From assembly GCF_004010195.1 (NCBI RefSeq), contig NW_025214539.1, forward strand, positions 1 through 45,620: a DNA stretch of 45,620 bases, given 5' to 3'. This document shows positions 23,851-34,976 of this stretch, one piece after another. The stretch's first letter is position 1; each line of letters starts with the position of its first letter. Source of the DNA: Chiloscyllium plagiosum (lineage: Eukaryota). The translations under genes and the position numbers were made by a program. The notes under the pieces are model-generated. The model saw only the letters and a list, made by a program, of their open reading frames with translations. It searched no databases and was not told where the DNA came from.

Positions 23851-24574
23851 ACCTAGCTCTGTGGTTAAATCTTTTCAATAGGGGGCAAAACATTAGCCAA
23901 TTGCTGTAGGAAGGATGTTATTAAACTGGAAAGAGTGAAGAAGTTATTTACAAGGATGTTGCCAGGACTCAACAGTCTGAGTTCAGTACATCTCTATGAC
24001 TCTGTGATTCCTCAGTTAGAACAGGAGAGACTGCACGACAAACAGGCAAAATTTGAAACAAATTGATTTGGCTAAAAAGTCAATGAAGAGGTGTTATCTG
24101 CTGGTACATTATCAGGAGAGATGGTGGAAGTGATTATTATTAATTCATCCAAACACACGTTAGATTTCTTCCAAAATAAATGGCCACCTGGGTTCCATTT
24201 TGTTTGTAATTTGGGATGTGACCCATGTGGGAAATGTAACATGCCTAAGACAGCCAGGGACATAGGAAATGCATCATGATGTTATTGAGGAAGTTTGTAG
24301 GAGGCTGTACAAGGGTATAAACCTGAGGGGCACTGTCACCCCAGTGAGTTATGTCTGCCCAATACTGTTGAAGATCCAAAGTAAAACTGGATATCAGTGG
24401 AGACACTCAGCAGGGTCTGTGGAGTGAGGAACAGAGCTTCGAGTCCAGTGACCCTTCTTCAGATCTCATAGTAACTGGGAAATGGTGGCATTTATGATGG
24501 GAATGGATGGGAAAAGGAGTGAGCAGATAAATGGGAAGAGAGAGCCCGGAGACAAAAAAACTGAAATGTTAGGC

Positions 24575-25410
24575 AGATCTCTCTCTACATTAATTTTCCC
24601 AAGGGCTTTTCCATTTACTGTATAGTTCGCTCTTGAAGTAGATCTTCCAAAATGCATCACCTCGCATTTGCCCGGATTGAACTCCATCTGCCATTTCTCT
24701 GCCCAACTCTCCAATCTATCTATATTCTGTTACATTCTCTGACAATCCCTTTCACTATCGGCTACTCCACCAATCTTAGTGTCATCTGCAAACTTGCTAA
24801 TCAGACCATCTATATCTTCCTCCAGATCATTTATGTATATTACAAACAACATTGGTCCCAGCACGGGTCCCTGTGGAACACCACTGGTCGCAGATCTCCA
24901 TTTTGAGAAACCCCCTTCCATTACTACTCTCTGTCTCCTGTTGCCCAACCAGTTCTCTATCCATCTAGCTAGAACATTCTGGACCCTGTGCGAACTTCAC
25001 CTTCTTCATCTGCCTACCATGAGGAATCTTATCAAATGCTTTACTGAAGTCCACGTATACATCTACAGCCCTTCCCTCATCAATCAACTTTGCCACTTCC
25101 TCAAAGAATTCTATTAAAGTTGCTAAGACATGACCTTCCCAGCACAAAACCATGCCTCCCATCATTGATAAGCCCACTTTCTTCCAAATGGGGATAGATC
25201 CTACCCTTCAGTATCTTCTCCAGCAGCTTCCCTACCACTGGTGTATCACCGGTCTATAATTACCTGGATTATCCCTGCGTAAACAAGGGGACAACATTAG
25301 CAACTTTCCAGTCCTCCAGGACCTCAGCCATGTTCAAGGATGCTGCAAAGGTATGTGTTAAGGCCTCAGCTATTTCCTCTTTGCTTCCCTCAGTAAACCT
25401 GGAATAGATC
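24575..25410 (-). mobile_element. CR1/HER1 LINE RT fragment, inverted counterpart of about 20825-21675
   Basis: [21 protein letters not shown]...KFADDTK; VDVYVDFSKAFDKIPHGR; EDWKVANVVPLF. Confidence 0.92.
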
Positions 25411-26004
25411 CCTGGTTTCCTCACAAATCTCTCCAGCACTGGCCTTGACATTGCTTGTAGGCTGAGGAATCAAGATTGCTAATGCTGCTTACTCTACATC
25501 TCCAGTAGCACATCACCAGCAAGATCAGAAGAGAAGGTCAGTGATTTGCGTCTTGATGTTTATCATCTAGACACTTGGCTGGCATGGTGAAGTCTGCTAA
25601 CTTCCTGTTCCTTGCGCTCTGTCATGCATTCCAGCCAGAACAAAAAGTCATTTGTGTCTCTAATGTGACAAAGATTATGTTTTTATTTGCCAGACCTGTG
25701 ACTGGATTCGTCCTTATCTTTGTGCTACCAATTAGGGTTGAACTTCAGGTCCCATTCAAGGAATGGCTTCCACCTAGTGGCTGATGCTTGTCAGTATAGG
25801 AACCACAAACAAGGTCTCTTGTAGGAACCCGTGTGTATTCTGTGCAAGACACTAAAGTGTGTGTTTCCTGTGTTATCTTTTCCCTGGGAGTCACTGAGGT
25901 AGACATGGTCTATTGCTTGTTTTAGAAAGGGCATTGTTCACATTGTGATTCACACTGTAATTGAACTCCCTTAAGTAAATCTAGCCTTGCTTGTGTAGTC
26001 CCTT

Positions 26005-26340
26005 GGGTGGCTCAGTGGTTAGCACTGCTGTCTCACAGTGCCAGGGACCCAGGCTCTATTCCAGCCTCAAGTGACTGTCTCTGTGAAGCTTGCACATTCT
26101 CCCATGTCTCTGTGGGTTTCCTCCGGGTGCACTGGTTACATCCCACAGTCCAAAGATGTACAGGTTAGGTGAGTTGGCCATGCTAAATTGTCCATAGTGT
26201 TCAGGAATGTGGAGGCTAGATACATTAGTCAGGAGGCAATGTCATATTGTAGGGAAATGCGTTTGGGTGGGATACTGTTCGGAGGATCAGTGTGGACTTG
26301 TTGGGCCAAATGGCCTGTTTTCACACTGTAGGGATTCTAT
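26005..26340 (+). mobile_element. HE1-like SINE
   Basis: GGTGGCTCAGTGGTTAGCACTGCTG head, V domain, GGGCCAAATGGCCTGTTT tail. Confidence 0.88.
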
Positions 26341-26344
26341 GGAG

Positions 26345-27095
26345 GAAAAAGAAATGGTGTCACAGATAGACGGGGTGGTGAAGAAGGTATTTGGTACAGC
26401 TGTCTTAATTGGTCAAAGCATGAGTCCAGGAGTTGGGCGGCCATGTTATGGCTGTACAAGACATTGGTGAGGTCACATGTGGAGTTCTGTGTACAATTCT
26501 GGTCGCCCTGCTATAAGAAGGATGTTATTAAACTGGAAAGGTTGCAAAAATAAAAAGATTTAAGACCATAAGACATAGGAGCAGAAATTAGGCCATTCAG
26601 CCCATCAAGTCTGCTCCGCCATTCCATCATGGCTGATACGTTTCTCAACCCCATTCTTCAGCCTTATCCCCATAATCTTTGATCCCCTTGGCAATCAAGA
26701 ACCTATCTACCTATTTATAAGGATGTTATTAAATTGGAAAGGGTTGAGTTATAAGGGGAGGCTGGATAGGCTGGGACTCATTTCCCTGGAATGTAGAAGG
26801 TTGAGGGTCGGCCTTATAGAGGTTTATAAAACAATGAGGGTTTTATGAGGTGATAAACTGAATAGAAAAGGTCTTTCACCCGGGAAAGGGGAGTCCAAAA
26901 CTAGAGGGCATTGGTGAGAGGTGCAAGATTTAACAGGGATCTAAGGGGGTAGCTTTGTCACTCAGAGGGTGGCGCATGGATAGGAAAGGTTCAATGGGAT
27001 ATGGACCAAGTGCTGGCAAATGGGACTCGTTTGGGAAACCTGATGGGCCAGATGGACCGAAGAGTCTGTTTCCCTGCTGGATGACTCGGTGACTG
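26345..27095. mobile_element. CR1 3' fragments (plus strand) with a nested minus-strand CR1 tail at about 26560-26712
   Basis: CR1 ORF2-end and UTR similarity. Nested AAGACCATAAGACATAGGAGCAGAAATTAGGCCATTC tail; AAGGATGTTATTAAA is repeated on both sides. Confidence 0.75.
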
Positions 27096-27228
27096 TCGCC
27101 TCCCTGGTTTGCAAATTTCAACGCGGAGGTTTGGCAGGTAGTAGCATTCAGATTGGCAAGATGACCGTTGTCCATGAATCTTGGAGTGGTCCACAGAGAG
27201 AGGAGCTTCAAGACTGCAGCCATTACAC

Positions 27229-27402
27229 AGTTAAAACTCACACAACACCAGGTTAGAGTCCAACAGGTTTATTTGGAAGCACTAGCTTTCGGAGCGCTGC
27301 TCCTTCATCAGGTGGTTGTGGAGAGCTACTTGATAAAGGAGCAGCGCTCCAAAAGCTAGTGCTTCCAAATAAACCTGTTGGACTATAACCTGGTGTTGTG
27401 TG
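27229..27402. mobile_element. Palindromic PLE terminal fragment (family A) with an intact minus-strand hammerhead core
   Basis: Inverted arms at about 27240-27310 and 27330-27402. Confidence 0.8.
27277..27317 (-). ncRNA. Putative minimal type I hammerhead ribozyme
   Basis: Minus strand AACCAC-CUGAUGA-A-GGAGC(AGC)GCUCC-GAAA-GC-UA-GUGCUU. Core intact; stem II 5 bp; stem I AACCAC/GUGCUU pairs 5 of 6. Confidence 0.7.
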
Positions 27403-27650
27403 CAGTATCTAAGCTGTACACCGGGGCAGCACTGACAGAGTGCTGCACTGTCAGAAGTGTCATCCTTAGGATGAGATGTTGAGTCCCAGCCTGCTGTTCA
27501 AGGGGGATATGTTTTCGATCCCATGCCATTATTTAGGATGACAGCCTGGTTTCCCGGCTGATATTTAACCCTGTATCAATATCACCAAGACAGGTGACCA
27601 GACTGGAATGGCATTGCCGTTGGTGGGAGCATGTTGTGCGTATATTACTC
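27403..27650 (+). mobile_element. Old DeuSINE (SacSINE1/AmnSINE-like) central domain
   Basis: GCAGCACTGACAGAGTGCTGCACTGTCAGAAGTG...GGATGAGATGTT...GATCCCATG...CATTGCCGTTGGTGGGAGC resembles the Deu domain as I recall it. Confidence 0.6.
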
Positions 27651-27754
27651 TGCCCACGTCATAACCACTTCGGGCGCCATGCCAATGAAAGTTCCCTTGC
27701 CTCTTTCTTTGGCTGCGGTTAAATCTTTTCAATAAGGGGTAAAACCTTGGCTAA

Positions 27755-28480
27755 TTGCTGTAGGAAGGATGTTATTAAACTGGAAAGACTGCAGAAGAAA
27801 TTTACAAGGATGTTGCCAGGACTCAATGGTCTGAGTTTTAGGAAGAGCTTGGGCAAGCTCGGAAGTTTTTCTTTAGAGGAACGGAGAGTGAGGGGCGATC
27901 TTATAGAAGTGTATAAGATCATGAGAGGCACGGATAGGGTGAATGCACTCAGTCTTTTTCCCAGGAGTGGGGAATCGAGGAGGAGAGAGCATCAGTTTAA
28001 GGTTAGAGGGGAAAGAGTACAATGGAACCTGAGGGTGGTACACATATGGAATGAGCTGCCAGTGGAAGTGGTTGAGGCGGGTACATTAACAACGTTTAAA
28101 AGGCATTCGGACAAATACATGGATAGGAAAAGATTGGAAGGAAATGCCCAGAGTGAGGACTGCAGATGCTGGAGATCAGAGTCCAGATTAGAGTGGTGCT
28201 GGAAAAGCACGGCAGGTCAGGCTGCATCCGAGGAGCAGGAAAATCAATGTTTCAGGCAAAAGCCCTTCATCAGGAATGAGATGAAGGGTTTTTGCCCGAA
28301 ATGTTGATTTTCCCGCTCCTTGGATGCTGCCTGACCTGCTGTGCCTTTCCAGCACCACACTAATTTAGAAGGATATGGGCCAAGTGCAGAGAAACGGGGT
28401 TCACCTGGATGGCCATTTTGGTCGGCATGGACCAGTTTGGGCCGAAGGGCCTGCTTCCGCGCTGTAGGACTCCATGACTC
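27755..28480 (+). mobile_element. CR1 3' fragment interrupted by a palindromic family B PLE unit (about 28150-28362)
   Basis: KDVIKLERLQKKFTRMLPGL...; the UTR breaks at TTGGAAGGAAATG and resumes at TTAGAAGGATATGGGCC. Confidence 0.85.
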
Positions 28481-28654
28481 TTTTAGCATTGTTGCCGGTT
28501 TATAACTGAGGCGTTGGCCTGAATGTTGCCAATGAACTGGATGTGGGCCCTGAATCACTGAGTATGTGCCATCAATCTCAAATCAGGCGCTGGCGAGCTG
28601 ACAGTCTAATGTGTGAGTTCACTCGAAGGCATACTCTTGGCAATAATGGTCATG

Positions 28655-28690
28655 ATTCCTGAAGAAGGGCTCAGGCCCGAAACGTCGATT
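28655..28690 (+). ncRNA. Putative minimal hammerhead ribozyme
   Basis: CUGAAGA (28659-28665)-A-GGGC(UCAG)GCCC-GAAA-C-GUC (28686). All core nucleotides are present; stems I and III are very short. Confidence 0.7.
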
Positions 28691-28782
28691 CTCCTGCTCC
28701 TTGGATGCTGCCTGACCTGCTGCGCTTTTCCAGCAACACATTTTCAGCTCTGATCTCCAGCATCTGCAGTCCTCACTTTCTC
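28655..28782 (+). mobile_element. 128-bp PLE terminal unit (family B) with perfect 14-bp TSD
   Basis: CAATAATGGTCATG at 28641-28654 and 28783-28796. Confidence 0.88.
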
Positions 28783-29118
28783 CAATAATGGTCATGGGCC
28801 CGGCTACAGCAGGCTGGGAATTAGGTCCAATAAGGTGATTGTGATCAAAGTAAAATCCAGCAGCGGCTGGGCTTCTTCAGATAAAAACAGAAAATGCTGG
28901 AGAAACTCAGCAGTTCTGGCAGCATCTGTGGAGAGAGAAATGGAGTTCAGGTGGGGAGTCCAGTGACCCTTCTTCAGAACTGACAATTGTGGCTTGGCAA
29001 AGGGGCAATTGTGTGTCATTACACACAGTCTCCACACTGTAGCTGTATTGACTCAGGTAACAGTCTTTCACTCCCTTATATGTTGTAAAAGGTAATGGTT
29101 CTGAAAGAGTTAATGCAG

Positions 29119-29940
29119 TGTGACGATGCTGCTCCTTTAACAAGGTTATTCTGTCCTTGGTTCCCTTTTGAGAGGGGTCGTAAATGCATAGGTTCTGATA
29201 TGTCTGGTTTGTACGGATTCTAGGACCAATTTGATAAAAGCTAACAGCTACTGCAAAAAAGTGAGGAGTGCAGAGTCAAAATGTGCAGTGCTGGAAACGC
29301 ACAGCAGGTCAGGCAGCATCCGAGGAGCGGGAGAATCCATGTTTCGGAAATGAAGGGCTTATACCCGAAACATCAGTTCTCCTGCTCCTCGGATGCTGTC
29401 TGACCTGCTGTGCTTTTCCAGCGCCACACTTTTCAACTGACAGATACTGCCTCAGACAAAAGTCTTTCAAGTGTTTTTAAAAACAAACTTGCACGATGAA
29501 AGGGGAGTGGCCAGTTCTCCAGGTTCAGGGTCTGGCTTGGTTTTAGCAGGCTGGCTGTTTCGTTTGCAGCTGCTGGACCCAGAGAAGCAGCTCCACGCTC
29601 ACCCTCACTCTCTCCGACATCTCTCCTGTAAGAACCTGGGTTTGATTTTACCTTTATTTACCAAGGAGGTGTTCATGGGGATGCTGAAAGTATTTGGGAC
29701 AGCATCATGAAGTCGCAATAGAGTCAACTGGGTTTTCAGATAGGGTAAGTTATTCTAAATTCAGTTCTCTTTTGTTCTGTAAATTCTGTAAATAAATTCT
29801 GTTTTGTTTAAAACTGAGTGGTTGGGCCAGTTGCATCCGTCCTGGAATATCTACTTACACCTGCTTAACACAAATAGAACGGTTAGAGTCTAGGCTATAG
29901 TCTTGAAATGTTTTGAGGGGGTCTGATCTGGTCCATAACA
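29119..29940. mobile_element. Solo LTR with 4-bp TSD, containing a nested palindromic PLE unit (29255-29439)
   Basis: Starts TGTGAC and ends ATAACA. GCAG at 29115-29118 and 29941-29944. The nested unit is flanked by ACAGCTACTGC / ACAGATACTGC. Confidence 0.7.
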
Positions 29941-30164
29941 GCAGTAGGTTCCACCCAAGATGATGATGTTACACTGTCTTTGGGTAAAGAAACAGGCAGT
30001 CTAACACAAGGTCCTCATGGAGAAAATGTATCATCTCAGGCTCCTGAGAGTTAGAATTATGCTTTACCAGTTAATATTATTCAGTACCTTTTTGATATTG
30101 AGCATAAGAATATTAGAATTAGTTTAGTGATTTACACATGAAAGAAGTGAAACTATCACGGTCA

Positions 30165-30345
30165 TTCTAACAGAAGAGAGACTTATCAAACAATCAAGGT
30201 ATTTTTCAGTGTATAATTTCAGTTACATCACACTGTAAACTTTTGCCATAAATTCTGTGTCTTAAAATTGTGCACTCCACAACCACCTGATGAAAGTGTT
30301 CCGAAATTAAACCTGTTGGATCATAACCTTGAGTTGTGTGATTTG
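30165..30345 (+). mobile_element. PLE family A terminal fragment (partly deleted core)
   Basis: Similar to 11219-11375; CCACCTGATGAAAGTGTTCCGAAA. Confidence 0.7.
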
Positions 30346-30662
30346 TAAGTAAGAACTAGGAGCCGGGAGTAGGCCTTTGGGCCCCTCAAACCTGCCTCCG
30401 CCATTCAATAAGGTCAAAGCTTAAAGATCAAAGATCAAAGATCAAGTCTTTTCATGGACTCAGCTCCACTTACCCACCCTCTCACCATAACCTTTAAATT
30501 CCTTTACTGTTCAAAAGTCAATCTACCTTAGCTTTAAAAACATTCAATGAGGCAGCCTCAACTGCTTCACTGTGTAGGGAGCTGGACAGATTCACAACCC
30601 TCTGGGTGAAGACGTTCCTCCTCAACTCAGTTCTGAATCTGTCCCCCCTTATTTTGAGGTTA
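30346..30662 (-). mobile_element. CR1 3' fragment
   Basis: NLKIRGDRFRTELRRNVFTQRVVNL. Confidence 0.82.
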
Positions 30663-31469
30663 GTACTAGTGGCACCACAGAGGCTGGGATGCTTTAACAA
30701 AAAAAAAGTATTGTGAAGAATCTGTTTAGATTTTGTTTTTGTTGTCATAGAGTCATAGAGATGTACAGCATGTCCAACTCGCCCATGCTGACCAGATATC
30801 CCAACCCAATCTAGTCCCATTTGCCATTTGCCAGCATTTGGCCCATATCCCTCTAAGCTCTCCCTATTCATATGTTAGTGTTTTAAAAGGGGCAGTCTAA
30901 CTTGCATTAAACTGTTTCAAAAGAGTAAATAGGAGGACTAGTGGCTTTGAACCACACCATTCATAAACTGCGAGAGCCAAGCACAACAGGAGAATTCACA
31001 AGGAGGATATCGGGCCTGGACTACAACCTTGTACAAGGTAAGCAGAGGTCTAGATTTGGAAGGAGAGGATGAGTCATGCAGTCAGGCCCACTGTAGATCC
31101 CAGTCATATGCAAAGGAAATTTGGCAGCTGAGGGTTTTTTAGAGCTGTTTTTGGAGTGGGATCTTCCCTTCCTGAGGACGGGAAGGAGGAGGGGAATGGG
31201 GAGAGGGAGCAATGGGGAGGTGCAATGTCAAACACCGGGGTGGGTGTGCAGAATCTCTCCACCTTTACTCAGCATGAGATTGGGGACATTATATTGGACT
31301 GAGTTGGCCAGACCTCAGAAGGTCATTGAAGGGCTTGCAGCACTGCAGTGACATTCCAATAAAATCAACCATGTCAAAAGGTTCCACAGCCACACTGATG
31401 AGCACAGCGCGAAGGTAAGTGTATAAAGTATGTTGGTAAGGGGTTAGGATGAAATGAGGAGTGTGGAAG

Positions 31470-31757
31470 ATGTGTGTGTGTGAGTGAGTGTGTGTATGTG
31501 TGTGTGTGAATGTGTATATGCATGAGTGTGTNNNNNNNTGTGTGTGTAAATCAGTGTGCATGTGTGAGAGCGTGTGTGTGTGAGAGAGATTCAGTGTGCG
31601 TATCTGTGTGTGTGAGTCACGGTGTATGAATGTGTGTGTGTGTCAGTGTGTGTGTGCACGCGCGCGTGTGTGTGTGAGAATCAGTGTGTGTACGTGAGAG
31701 TGTGTGTGAGTGAGTGAGTGTGTGTGTGTGAATCAGTGTCACTGTGTGTGTGAGTGA
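31470..31757. repeat. (GT)n-rich low-complexity repeat
   Basis: Read directly from the sequence. Confidence 0.9.
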
Positions 31758-32534
31758 ATGAGGAGTTAAAGCAGCTGGATATATCAGGGGGAGGTGTGCA
31801 ATGGGAGGTACAGGAGAGGGCATGGGGTAATTGTGGCCAGGTCTCCAAGGGTTTGCAGTGTCAATGTTGCAGTAATCTTGGGGTTAAAGCAGGCTTTAAT
31901 TCCCTAATACTTCCTGGGTCATTATCCAGGTAAGCAAATCTGTCCTAAATCGATGGTTTCCAGCTCAAACTCAGAGTTGGAGTCTTTCTCAGAGGAGTCC
32001 AGACCCAGCAGAAGCTAAAACTCACAGGGTAATTGTCTCATAGTCAATAAGTCAATGCCGGACTTTTGATGCACATCTCTCAGGGCAGCCTCCAAACATC
32101 TGAATGAAGGACAATTTGGGTCAATGCCTCCCACAGCAGATGTGGAGGAGGATTGAGCCACAGGAGGGCTGCACCTCATGAAATCCTATCCTCTCAGGTG
32201 GCACTCTAACAGGAGGAGAGCCTGTCAGCTGTTGGGCTTCATGAACATTTTCCAACGGTCAGCACCTACTGAAGACATCTCGGCCAGGTTGAACGTTCCA
32301 CGTTGCTGATGTTTTTTATCTCCCTGGAGGGGTAGAGCGGGTTTTCAGGCTTGATGGTCTAACAGATGGTAATGTGAGCACTGGCTGCTGCTGCATGTTA
32401 TTCTGGGATTCAGAGCACAGTGTCAGCAGCTGGGATTGGAACTTTTGCCTGTAGGCTGATAGGTAGGCCTCCAACGCCCACCTCTTGTCTGACCTCCACC
32501 TCACAGTGAGCAGCCACATGAGCACCCTCACCAG

Positions 32535-32822
32535 GACAGCATGGTGGCTCAGTGATTGGCACTGCTGCCTCACTGTGCCAAGGACCTGGTTCAATTCCAG
32601 CCTCGGGCGACACGACTAGGTGGAGTTTGCACCTTCTCCCTGTGTCGGCGTGGGTTTCCTCCCACAGTCCAAACATGTGACAGGTAGGTAAGACTGACCA
32701 TGCTAAATTGTGCAGGCTAGGTGGGATTAGCCATGTAGGGATAGGTTGGAATGACCATCTGGGGGTTGGTATAGACTTGATGGGCCAAATAGCCTTTTTC
32801 TGTACTGTAGGGACTCTATGGT
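32535..32822 (+). mobile_element. HE1-like SINE
   Basis: Head GGTGGCTCAGTGATTGGCACTGCTGCC, B box GGTTCAATTCC, V domain. Confidence 0.85.
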
Positions 32823-33427
32823 CTTCATCAGTCTGGGCTGAGACTGTCCCTCTCAATCCTTTGTTACTTTACTCCTTAAAATCTCCATCTCTGACCAAAC
32901 TCTCCTAATAAGACTTTAAGACACTTGGTATAATTCATTATAAAAACCAATCTGTAAAACTCCTCGAGATGCATTCATGCAATAAAGATGCTAGATAAAG
33001 GCAGATTGTTGTACTGATACTATTATTGACTTCACATGGTTTGGGATGTCAGAGGGACGTGTGAAGTTGCGAGGTGTGGAGTGGAGATAATCCATTAATA
33101 ACCAGTGAACACTGAGTGTCAGCACCCCTGGGTTATGACAATGTCAGGCTGGCAATCCACCAGTCTGTGAGGCATGTAGGCCAGACCAGGTAAGGAAGGC
33201 AGGTTTCCTTCCTGACAGACTAGTCAAGCAACAGCCTGACATAATCTTTAACTCACAGGATAATCTCTTTCAATGTCTCCAGCATCACTGTCACCATCCT
33301 GGGTATATCACCATTCCAGCAGCAAAGGTTTTGATACAGGTGTATACAGGGAAAAAGGAGATCAGAGTCAAAGAGTGTGGTGCTGGAACAGGAATCATGG
33401 AGGAGTACTGATTCATCACCCATGTAA

Positions 33428-34218
33428 GTGTGTGTGTGTCGGTGTATGTGTACGTGTGTGTGTGTCTGTGTGTGCGTGTGTGTGTGTCTGTATGTGTGTA
33501 CGTGTGTGTATCTGTGTGTGTGCGTGTGTGCCTGTGTGTGTGTGCATGTGTGTTTGTGCGTGTGTGTGGTCTGTGTGTGTAGCTGTGTACGTGTGTGTGC
33601 GTGTGTGTGTCTGTGTGTGCGCGCGTGTGTGTGCGTGTGTGTATGTCTGTGTGTGTGTACGTGTGTGTGTGTGTCTGTGTGTGCGTGTGTGTGTGTCTGT
33701 ATGTGTGTACGTGTGTGTATCTGTGTGTGTGCGTGTGTGCCTGTGTGTGTGTGCATGTGTGTTTGTGCGTGTGTGTGGTCTGTGTGTGTAGCTGTGTACG
33801 TGTGTGTGCGTGTGTGTGTCTGTGTGTGCGCGCGTGTGTGTGCGTGTGTGTATGTCTGTGTGTGTGTACGTGTGTGTGTGTGTCTGTGTGTGCGTGTGTG
33901 TGTGTCTGTATGTGTGTACGTGTGTGTATCTGTGTGTGTGCGTGTGTGCCTGTGTGTGTGTGCATGTGTGTTTGTGCGTGTGTGTGGTCTGTGTGTGTAT
34001 CTGTGTACGTGTGTGTGCGTGTGTGTGTCTGTGTGTGCGCGCGTGTGTGTGCGTGTGTGTATGTCTGTGTGTGTGTACGTGTGTGTGTGTGTCTGTGTGT
34101 GCGTGTGTCTGTGCGTGTATGTGTGTGTGTACGTGTGTGTGTGTGTCTGTGTGTGTGTACGTGTGTGTGTGTCTGTGTGTGTGTGTACGCGTGTGTGTGT
34201 TTGCGTGTGTGTACGTGT
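33428..34218. repeat. GT-rich microsatellite with a 209-bp higher-order period (about 3 copies)
   Basis: Identical variant patterns recur 209 nt apart (ORFs starting at 33595 and 33804 begin identically). Confidence 0.9.
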
Positions 34219-34220
34219 CC

Positions 34221-34314
34221 TTCCTGTTGAAGAGCTTATGCCCGAAATGTCGACTCTCCTGCTCCTCAGATGCTGCCTGACCGGCTGTGCTTTTCCAGCA
34301 CCACACTCTTTGAC
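34221..34314 (+). mobile_element. PLE family B terminal fragment
   Basis: CCTGTTGAAGAGCTTATGCCCGAAATGTCGACTCTCCTGCTCC...; partial inverted partner at about 33357-33388. Confidence 0.75.
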
Positions 34315-34454
34315 CCTACAGTTGTACACAGTCAGATACAAGGTGACCTGAGGATCCTCAACATTGATTATAGACCACAGGAAACCTCAGGGAAACAGGT
34401 CAAATATGATCTAATCTTTTGATGGCCACATATAACCTGCCCCCACCCCATGTG

Positions 34455-34976
34455 TGCACATACTTTCACACACTCAGACATACACAGTCTCACACATGCC
34501 ACGTACACCACATGCCGCGCACACTCAACCACACACATACACCCTCATGTATAAACACACACATACAGACACATACACATACACAACACACAGACACACA
34601 CACGCTCTCAGAGACATGCAGTCACACACACACTGACACACACACACACACTGACACACACTCACATGGACATACACTCGCGCACACTCACGCAGATACA
34701 CACTCACACAGATACACGCATGCGCGCACACAAACACAGTGACACACACACATGCAGGCAGACTGATTCACACACACACTCACATACACACACTCTCATG
34801 CACACACACTGATTCTCGCACGTGCACATGCGCACACACACACAGATACACACACACATTCATACACAGTAACTCACACACACATTGACACACACAACAT
34901 ATACACACACACAGACATGCACATTGAATCTCTCTCTCACACACACACTGATACACACACATTCACACACACAAAC
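34455..34976. repeat. (CA)n-rich low-complexity repeat
   Basis: Read directly from the sequence. Confidence 0.9.

Noticed and set aside
33253..34962. Long His/Thr-rich and Cys/Val-rich ORFs up to 362 aa
   Set aside because: Translation artefacts of GT/CA microsatellites, open in most frames.
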